DNA from: Oscillospiraceae bacterium
GTDB taxonomy: Bacteria > Bacillota > Clostridia > Oscillospirales > Oscillospiraceae
Direction of reading: 5' to 3'
Assembly: GCA_017439425.1 (NCBI GenBank)
Contig: JAFSJE010000008.1
Span: forward strand, 1,069 to 65,068
DNA length: 64,000 nucleotides
Shown one piece after another: positions 54,557-64,000 of this stretch; position 1 is the first letter of the stretch; each line of letters opens with the position of its first letter. The position numbers were made by a program, and so were the translations under genes. The notes under the pieces are model-generated. The model was given only the letters and a program-made list of their open reading frames with translations, was not told the origin of the DNA and searched no databases.

Positions 54557-55138
54557 TTATATAATCTCTCGCAAATCCCTCACAACTCTCGCTTCTCCGA
54601 TGCCGGGTCTTACCGGACTGCCCTCGGGCAGATAGAGAATCGCCGGAATTCCGGCATTTTTCGCCGCCTTGATATCGAGCGCGCGGTCGCCGACGTAGCA
54701 GGCTTCGTCAGCCGAAAACCCGTGCTTTTCCATTAAAAACAGCAGCGCAGTCGGGTCGGGCTTGCGGGGAAAACCGCTCTCGGCGGTCAGCACCTCCGTA
54801 AAAAACGGGAGTAGTCCGTTCTGCTCGAGGACTTTGAACGCCGAGCCTCCCCGATGGGTGTACGCAAAATGCTTGTCTCCGCGCTCAGAGAGGGCTTTCA
54901 ACGTTTCGAGAGCGCCTGGCATGGCTCGAACGTCGCTCTGACGGCGCTCGTTTTCCGCGTAATAGAGGCTGAAAAGCTCGTCGGTGCCGAGATACGCGCG
55001 CACTGAGGAGCGCAGTATTTCCTCGCCCAAGGTTTCGGAAATCGGCATATTTTGCGCTTTCAGCACAGTTTTGAGGCTTTTTAGTATGACGGGGTAGCTG
55101 TCGAGCAGTGTTCCGTCCAAGTCCCAAAGATAGTTCAT
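54557..55138 (-). CDS. HAD-family hydrolase (phosphatase-like)
   Basis: 193 aa. Motif I is LWDLDGTLLDS and motif IV is YVGDRALDI. Confidence 0.85.
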   Translation of the reverse strand: MNYLWDLDGTLLDSYPVILKSLKTVLKAQNMPISETLGEEILRSSVRAYLGTDELFSLYYAENERRQSDVRAMPGALETLKALSERGDKHFAYTHRGGSAFKVLEQNGLLPFFTEVLTAESGFPRKPDPTALLFLMEKHGFSADEACYVGDRALDIKAAKNAGIPAILYLPEGSPVRPGIGEARVVRDLREII

Positions 55139-56106
55139 ATCGCGCGATTATCCTCTCTTCGCTTCAATTCCCTTTCAATGATGTTCCCCAGCGTGCTGAT
55201 GTCCACGTTTCCGCCTGAAACGACGGCGACCGTCCGAAGATTCGTATTGATCCGGTCATACATAAACGCCGCGACGCTTGTAGCGCCTGCTCCTTCCGCT
55301 ACCATTTTTGAGTGTTCCATCAGTGAGGCCATCGCCGCTTCAATCTCGTCCTCACGCACAGTCACGATATCATCCACATACTTTTCGACGATCTCAAAGG
55401 TCAGATCTCCCGGCGTCAACACGTGAATGCCGTCGGCGATGGTCGCCCTGTCCTTAAGCGTTTCCACCTCATTTAAGCCAAAGGAGGCATACATAGACGG
55501 GACGTTGACCGTTTGAACGCCGATAACCTTTACATCGGGCTTCAGGCTTTTGACAGCGACGGCGACACCGCTGATCAGCCCGCCGCCTCCGATCGGAACG
55601 ACTACTTGCTCCACATCCGGCATCTGCGAAAGGATCTCCAGTCCGATGGTCCCCTGACCTGCGATCACATAGGGGTCATTGAAGGGGTGGGCAAAGGTGT
55701 AGCCCTTTTCATCTGCCAGCCTTTTCGCCTCTTTAGCGGAGTCATCATAATTGCCGGGGACCAGAACGACCTCTGCGCCAAAGCGGCGCGTCCCTTTGAT
55801 CTTCATGACCGGCGCGTAATCCGGCATACAAATGACTGCGCGCATTCTAAGCCTCATTGCGGAATAAGCCACGCCCTGCGCATGATTACCGGCGGAGCAC
55901 GCAATGACGCCCTTTGAGGCTTCCTCGGCGGAAAGGCTGCTCAGCTTGTTAAAAGCGCCGCGGATCTTGAAGGAACCTGTCCTTTGCAGATTTTCAGCTT
56001 TGATAAACAGATTAGGGGACAAGCTGTCAAAAGGTATGATGGGTGTAAGTCTTGCAACATTGTGCAGCGTTTCCGCAGCGTTCCTGATCATTTCAAATTG
56101 ATTCAT
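55135..56106 (-). CDS. threonine/serine dehydratase (PLP-dependent, no ACT domain)
   Basis: 323 aa. The PLP lysine motif is TGSFKIRGA, with a glycine loop VPIGGGGLISG. Confidence 0.85.
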   Translation of the reverse strand: MNQFEMIRNAAETLHNVARLTPIIPFDSLSPNLFIKAENLQRTGSFKIRGAFNKLSSLSAEEASKGVIACSAGNHAQGVAYSAMRLRMRAVICMPDYAPVMKIKGTRRFGAEVVLVPGNYDDSAKEAKRLADEKGYTFAHPFNDPYVIAGQGTIGLEILSQMPDVEQVVVPIGGGGLISGVAVAVKSLKPDVKVIGVQTVNVPSMYASFGLNEVETLKDRATIADGIHVLTPGDLTFEIVEKYVDDIVTVREDEIEAAMASLMEHSKMVAEGAGATSVAAFMYDRINTNLRTVAVVSGGNVDISTLGNIIERELKRREDNRAI

Positions 56107-56153
56107 ATAAAGCCCCTCCCGCTCTCCACTGCCTTACTATATCACGGCTGCTG

Positions 56154-59657
<3,504 letters not shown>

Positions 59658-59669
59658 AGGTTAAGCCCC

Positions 59670-59696
59670 AAACCCCCGATGCCTTGGCACCGGGGG
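59670..59696 (-). terminator. stem-loop between rsmG and mfd
   Basis: On the minus strand CCCCCGGUGCC..GGCAUCGGGGG (one mismatch), followed by TTTGGGG. The U-tract is weak. Confidence 0.4.
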
Positions 59697-59717
59697 TATA
59701 TAGTTTACTTTTTTGCC

Positions 59718-60422
59718 TTATAACGGCTGTTTTTTGATTGTTCCGAATCTTCTTGGAAACTTTTCCGGCGTTTTGCGGCATTTTTCGATAACCACAACTC
59801 TGCGCCGCAGGTCGGTTCCCGGTATATCGTATTCGTCCACCCGTGAGATTATGCCGCCAAGCTTTTCAATACCCGGCTTTGCCTCTTCAATCTCCTCGTC
59901 GGAGTCCAGCGCCTTCATGGCAAGGAATTTTCCGCCGTGGCGCACAAGGGGCAGGCACAGCTCGGCGAGGACATTGAGCCTTGCGACGGCTCTCGACACC
60001 GCAATATCGTACTTTTCACGGTACTCCGGGTCCTGCCCAAGCTCCTCGGCTCTTGCGTGGAGGCAGTTGACATCGAGTGATAGCGCCGCATTGACCTCCA
60101 TAAGGAAGCTTACCTTTTTCTCGGTGCTGTCAACGCTCGTGAGGCTTATGGTCGGCTCGGCAATTTTCAGGGGAAAGCCGGGGAAGCCGGCGCCGCAGCC
60201 CACGTCAATCACGCTTTTGCCCTTGAAATCAGCGCTTTTCAGAACTCCGAGGGAGTCGAGAAAGTGCTTCTGCGCCGCATCAGTCTCGTCTGTGATGGCG
60301 GTGAGGTTGAATTCCTTGTTGCGCCGCTCTAAAAGCTCATAGTAAATTTGGAGCTTCTCGATATCACCGAGCGGCACCCCCAGCTCGGGAGCGCCGCTTT
60401 TAAGAATTTCCTTTATGCTCAC
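59718..60422 (-). CDS. rsmG: 16S rRNA (guanine527-N7)-methyltransferase
   Basis: 234 aa with ..NLTAITDE......HFLDSL.. and SAM motif VIDVGCGAGFPGFPLKI. Confidence 0.9.
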   Translation of the reverse strand: MSIKEILKSGAPELGVPLGDIEKLQIYYELLERRNKEFNLTAITDETDAAQKHFLDSLGVLKSADFKGKSVIDVGCGAGFPGFPLKIAEPTISLTSVDSTEKKVSFLMEVNAALSLDVNCLHARAEELGQDPEYREKYDIAVSRAVARLNVLAELCLPLVRHGGKFLAMKALDSDEEIEEAKPGIEKLGGIISRVDEYDIPGTDLRRRVVVIEKCRKTPEKFPRRFGTIKKQPL

Positions 60423-60862
60423 TTGTTTTTCAGAAGGTCACGGATCTCGGTGAGAAGCTTCTCCTCAGCGCTGGGCTCCGGCTCAGCCTCAGGTTCGGGC
60501 TCCGGCTCGGCCTCTTCGGCCTTTTTCTTCGCCTCGGCAAGAGCGCGCATTTTGTTGAAGGACTTGATAACGAGGAACAGCACAAACGCGATAACAACAA
60601 AGTCGATAATTGCGCCCACGAACGTGCCAAGTCCGAGAACGATCGCTTCGGTGCCGGCGGCCTCGTCAGCCGCACGGAGGGTGATGTTAAGCGCGTCGGT
60701 GTTGGGTGAGTTGAAGATGAATGCTAAAAGCGGGGTGATGACATTTGCGACGAGGGTTGAGGTAATTTTGCCGAATGCGCCGCCGACGATTACGCCGACT
60801 GCCATATCGAGCACATTGCCCTTTGCGATGAACTCTTTGAACTCTGCGAAGAACTTTTTCAT
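60419..60862 (-). CDS. mscL: large-conductance mechanosensitive channel (with acidic E/P-repeat tail insert)
   Basis: MKKFFAEFKEFIAKGNVLDMAVGVIVGGAFGKI.. is canonical MscL. The C-terminal region contains AEEAEPEPEPEAEPEPSAEE. Confidence 0.9.
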   Translation of the reverse strand: MKKFFAEFKEFIAKGNVLDMAVGVIVGGAFGKITSTLVANVITPLLAFIFNSPNTDALNITLRAADEAAGTEAIVLGLGTFVGAIIDFVVIAFVLFLVIKSFNKMRALAEAKKKAEEAEPEPEPEAEPEPSAEEKLLTEIRDLLKNK

Positions 60863-60910
60863 TGCTGATCTCTCCTTTATAGAATTATGTTAACTGTTCC
60901 ACGCGGAACG

Positions 60911-62236
60911 TCAAAACGCCTTGCTCTTTTCGAGGTGGTCTTTGCCGCCCATGTAGGGACGGAGCGCCTCGGGGATCCTTACGGAGCCGTCAGCGGCGAG
61001 GTTGTTCTCCAGAAGTGCGATGAGCATACGGGGAGGCGCCACGACTGTATTATTCAGAGTGTGCGCAAGATAGATTTTGCCGTCCTTATCCTTTATGCGG
61101 ATGCCGAGGCGTCGAGCCTGCGCATCTCCCATATTGGTGCAGGAGCAGACCTCGAAATACTTCTTCTGACGGGGGCTCCATGCCTCGATGTCACAGCTCT
61201 TGACCTTGAGGTCGGCGAGGTCGCCGGAGCAGCACTCAAGCTCACGCACCGGAATATCCAGAGAGCGGAAAAGCTCAACGGAATATTTCCACATCTTATC
61301 GTACCAAGCCATGGAATCCTCCGGCTTGCAGACGACTATCATTTCCTGCTTCTCAAACTGGTGGATGCGGTAAACTCCGCGCTCCTCAATGCCGTGAGCG
61401 CCCTTTTCCTTGCGGAAGCAGGGGGAATAGCTTGTGAGGGTGTGGGGCAGGGTCTCTTCGGGAACGATGCGGTCGATATATCTGCCGATCATGGAATGCT
61501 CAGAGGTGCCGATGAGGTAGAGATCCTCGCCCTCGATTTTGTACATCATGGCGTCCATATCGCTCTGGCTCATAACGCCCTTGACGACGTCGCCGTGCAT
61601 CATGAAGGGCGGCACCATAAAGGTAAAGCCCTTGTTGATCATAAAGTCGCGGGCGTAGGCGAGTACTGCCTCGTGCAGTCGGGCGATATCGCCCACGAGA
61701 TAGTAGAAGCCGTTGCCGGCGACGCTTCTTGCGCCGTCAAGGTCAATGCCGCCGAAGGATTCCATTATCTCAGTGTGATAGGGGATCTCAAAATCAGGCA
61801 CTACCGGCTCGCCGAAGCGCTCGACCTCGACGTTCTCGCTGTCATCTCTGCCGATGGGAACGGAGGGGTCGATGATCTGCGGAATCTTGTACATAATGTT
61901 CTTCAGCTTCTCGGCGTACTCAGCCTCGAGCTTTTCAAGCTCGGCAAGGCGGTCGTCGTCAGCCTTGACAAGCGCCATATTCTTGTCGATCTCAGCCTGA
62001 ATCGCGTCCTTTTCAGCGCCCTCGGCCTTTTTGAGCTTGCCGAAGAGGGGGCCGTTTGCCTTCGAGAGCTTGTTGCGGTTGGCTCTCAGCTCGTTTGCCT
62101 CGTTGATTGCGGAGCGGTTCAGGCGGTCAAGCTCCGCCGCCTCGTCAACAAGGGGAAGTTTTTCATCCTGAAATTTCTTTTTGATGTTTTCACGAACGAG
62201 ATCGGGATTTTCACGGATAAGTTTAATATCAATCAT
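60911..62236 (-). CDS. serS: serine--tRNA ligase
   Basis: 441 aa. MIDIKLIRENPDLVRENIKKK.. N-terminal coiled coil plus class II core motifs (..FRKE.G..G..RGVYRIHQF.K.E). Confidence 0.95.
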   Translation of the reverse strand: MIDIKLIRENPDLVRENIKKKFQDEKLPLVDEAAELDRLNRSAINEANELRANRNKLSKANGPLFGKLKKAEGAEKDAIQAEIDKNMALVKADDDRLAELEKLEAEYAEKLKNIMYKIPQIIDPSVPIGRDDSENVEVERFGEPVVPDFEIPYHTEIMESFGGIDLDGARSVAGNGFYYLVGDIARLHEAVLAYARDFMINKGFTFMVPPFMMHGDVVKGVMSQSDMDAMMYKIEGEDLYLIGTSEHSMIGRYIDRIVPEETLPHTLTSYSPCFRKEKGAHGIEERGVYRIHQFEKQEMIVVCKPEDSMAWYDKMWKYSVELFRSLDIPVRELECCSGDLADLKVKSCDIEAWSPRQKKYFEVCSCTNMGDAQARRLGIRIKDKDGKIYLAHTLNNTVVAPPRMLIALLENNLAADGSVRIPEALRPYMGGKDHLEKSKAF

Positions 62237-62570
62237 TGGACTGTACCTCTTTTTCCTTTTCGAGTTCTTCTATTTTCGCGTGAGCCTCCTCAAGCTCGAG
62301 CCTGAGGCGCTCATTTTCGGCCTGCATAGCGGCAATTGATTCCTCCGTCCGCAGGCGGTATTCCGTGTGCTGATCGCTGAGATTGCTCAGCTCCGCCTCG
62401 CTCTGGCGCTGGTGCATGAAATAACTGAGCAAAATCAGGAGAAAAACCGCCGTAAACAGCACCACGAGGTAGATTATTACCGATTCCTGGCTCTGTTTGC
62501 GGGTGCGCGGCTTTTCCTCAAGCGGCGTTACGTCCTGCTCATCAGCGTCAGAACGCTTGTGAAGATTCAT
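62229..62570 (-). CDS. hypothetical membrane-anchored coiled-coil protein
   Basis: 113 aa. Charged N-terminus, TM helix IIYLVVLFTAVFLLILLSYF, then a heptad-like E/L/R-rich C-terminus. It overlaps parB (4 nt) and serS (8 nt). Confidence 0.55.
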   Translation of the reverse strand: MNLHKRSDADEQDVTPLEEKPRTRKQSQESVIIYLVVLFTAVFLLILLSYFMHQRQSEAELSNLSDQHTEYRLRTEESIAAMQAENERLRLELEEAHAKIEELEKEKEVQSND

Positions 62571-63484
62571 TTCCCCGCCTCCCTTGCCTTGATCTGCAAG
62601 AGCGCGTTGTAAAGCACCTCAAAATCGTCCTTGTCGTAGTACTCTATCTCAAATCTGCCTTTCTTGAAGCCGGGTGAGATGTGTACCTTGCGGCCGAGAG
62701 TGCCGGTGAGCGCTTTTTCCGCCTCGGCGTAGTAATCGACTCCGTCGGCGTGGCGGCGATCGGGCTTCTCGCGCTCGCGGGGCTGCGTGTTAAGCTTCTT
62801 TACAAGGCCCGAGAGCTCGCGGACTCCGAGTCCCTTTACGATTACCTCGTTCGCGGCGTAGATCATATCGTCCTGCCGTTTGAGCTCAAGGAGCGTCTTT
62901 GCGTGCGACGTCGAGATTTTGCCGTCGTCAAGCAGGTTCAGCACGGTCTCCGGCAAATTCAGCAGGCGAAGCGAGTTTGCGACATAGCTGCGGCTCTTTC
63001 CGATTATCTCCGCCACCTTTTCCTGGCTCAGAGAGTACTTTTCCATCATCACACGCAGGGCGTCCGCCTCCTCGCGCGGCTTCAGATCCTCGCGCTGGAG
63101 GTTTTCGACAAGCGCCAGCTCCTCGGCCTTTTGCTCGTCACATTCGATGACGAGCGCCGGGATCTCATCAAGTCCCGCCTCGCGGCTCGCGCGCCAGCGG
63201 CGCTCTCCCGCTATTATCTGATAGGTATCGCCGACCTTTCTGACTGCTATCGGCTGCATTACGCCGTGCTCGCGTATGGAATCGGCAAGCTCGGCGATAG
63301 ACTCCGGGTCAAAGACCTTGCGCGGCTGGTTAGATCGCGGCTCGACCTTTGATATCGGGAGCTTGCGGACGTCGCTATTCTCCTGCGCAACCTCGTCACC
63401 GAGGAGCGCGGCAAGACCCTGCCCGCCGAAAAAGTCGCCCGACAGTCCCTTTCCAAGACCACCTTTTGGCATTTTCTTTATCAT
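62567..63484 (-). CDS. parB: ParB/Spo0J chromosome partitioning protein
   Basis: The ParB box is ..QPRK.FD...I.ELA.SI...G..QPI.VRK....YQIIAGERRWRA. The start is uncertain: ATG at 63484 (MIKKMPKGGLGKGL), ATG at 63472, or TTG at 63562 overlapping the parA stop. Confidence 0.88.
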   Translation of the reverse strand: MIKKMPKGGLGKGLSGDFFGGQGLAALLGDEVAQENSDVRKLPISKVEPRSNQPRKVFDPESIAELADSIREHGVMQPIAVRKVGDTYQIIAGERRWRASREAGLDEIPALVIECDEQKAEELALVENLQREDLKPREEADALRVMMEKYSLSQEKVAEIIGKSRSYVANSLRLLNLPETVLNLLDDGKISTSHAKTLLELKRQDDMIYAANEVIVKGLGVRELSGLVKKLNTQPREREKPDRRHADGVDYYAEAEKALTGTLGRKVHISPGFKKGRFEIEYYDKDDFEVLYNALLQIKAREAGK

Positions 63485-63558
63485 TCCTTTCGTGTAAAGC
63501 CAGCGGCAGAACAAAAGGCGCAGAGTGTCGCCCATATCATTCCGTTTCTGACCTTTAC

Positions 63559-64000
63559 TCAAGCTTTATTCACCCTGTTCCTTTTTATGACCTCGTCGGC
63601 GAGCTGCATATACGCCTGCGCGCCCTTTGAAGCGAAGGCGTAATCCGTAACGGGCTTTCCGTGGCTCGGCGCCTCTGAAAGACGGATGTTGCGCGGGATA
63701 AGAGTTTTGTACACCGCGTCCTTGAAGTAGCGCTTGACCTCGCCCGCGACCTGAAGAGAAAGATTCGTGCGCCCGTCGTACATTGTGAGCAGAACGCCCT
63801 CGATGGTTATTTCCGGATTGAGGCGCTTTTTTATTAAGCGAACGGTGTTCATGAGGTCTGCAAGTCCCTCAAGCGCGAAATATTCGCACTGCACCGGTAT
63901 CAGCACCGAGTCCGCAGCGCAAAGGCCGTTCAAGGTCAGCATCTCAAGACTCGGAGGGCAGTCGATGATTATGAAATCGTAGTCACCGGCAACGCTTCTC
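63559..64000 (-). CDS. parA: ParA/Soj ATPase, C-terminal part (continues past window end)
   Basis: The frame stays open to the window edge (..DYDFIIIDCPPSLEMLTLNGLCAADSVLIPVQCEYFALEGL..). The internal Met at 63942 in the ORF track is not the true start. Confidence 0.9.
   Translation of the reverse strand, partial: RSVAGDYDFIIIDCPPSLEMLTLNGLCAADSVLIPVQCEYFALEGLADLMNTVRLIKKRLNPEITIEGVLLTMYDGRTNLSLQVAGEVKRYFKDAVYKTLIPRNIRLSEAPSHGKPVTDYAFASKGAQAYMQLADEVIKRNRVNKA

Noticed and set aside
60887-62305. 472-aa plus-strand ORF antisense to serS
   Set aside because: serS on the minus strand is unambiguous, and the antisense translation has no motifs.
62237-62570. Expected T-box leader upstream of serS
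   Set aside because: The region is fully occupied by an overlapping 113-aa ORF, and I saw no specifier or T-box-like conserved sequence.
63485-63562. TTG-initiated 26-residue extension of parB overlapping the parA stop
   Set aside because: The extension (MSKGQKRNDMGDTLRLLFCRWLYTKG) does not resemble ParB N-termini, whereas MIKKMPKGGLGKGL does. It is left as a stated uncertainty.

Overview
GC-rich (about 60% by eye) Firmicutes/Clostridia-type chromosomal segment. spoVAC and a KOW-domain gene between map and infA support that placement, and parA-parB-serS-mscL-rsmG-mfd at the right end suggest an origin-proximal location. About one quarter of the window (35.6-51.4 kb, minus strand) is a complete S10-spc-alpha ribosomal protein superoperon, rpsJ through rplQ, including secY, adk, map, infA and rpoA. 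The left half is accessory-like. It holds an OmpR-type two-component system next to a VTC-domain / DUF4956 / CotH-kinase trio and a DUF6273 protein. It also holds a DAACS symporter with an extra N-terminal domain, a nagA / MBL-rubredoxin / cstA / M29 aminopeptidase run, and a tightly packed minus-strand cluster of three GNATs, SIMPL, a methyltransferase, NERD and ABM. A LacI-linked sugar locus follows: a doubly membrane-anchored GH3, YesL, an LplABC-type ABC transporter with its own ATPase, and a cytoplasmic GH32. The right end has dusB, an overlapping sigma/anti-sigma pair, a HAD hydrolase, threonine dehydratase, mfd, rsmG, mscL, serS, parB and partial parA. I found no rRNA, tRNA, CRISPR array, transposase or integrase. 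The main leads are: (1) the VTC/DUF4956/CotH membrane module, whose function is unknown to me; (2) a roughly 210-nt structured intergenic repeat in two inverted copies (31963-32166 and 51853-52068) with compensatory stem changes, one copy sitting behind a near-consensus promoter; (3) a shared TGCACA-type operator motif in the sugar-gene promoters; (4) a uL24 whose C-terminal turns carry two CxxC motifs; (5) two unusually long structured spacers inside the ribosomal operon. All family names come from reading the translated ORFs by eye and no searches were run. The many long ORFs antisense to real genes are treated as GC-bias artefacts.
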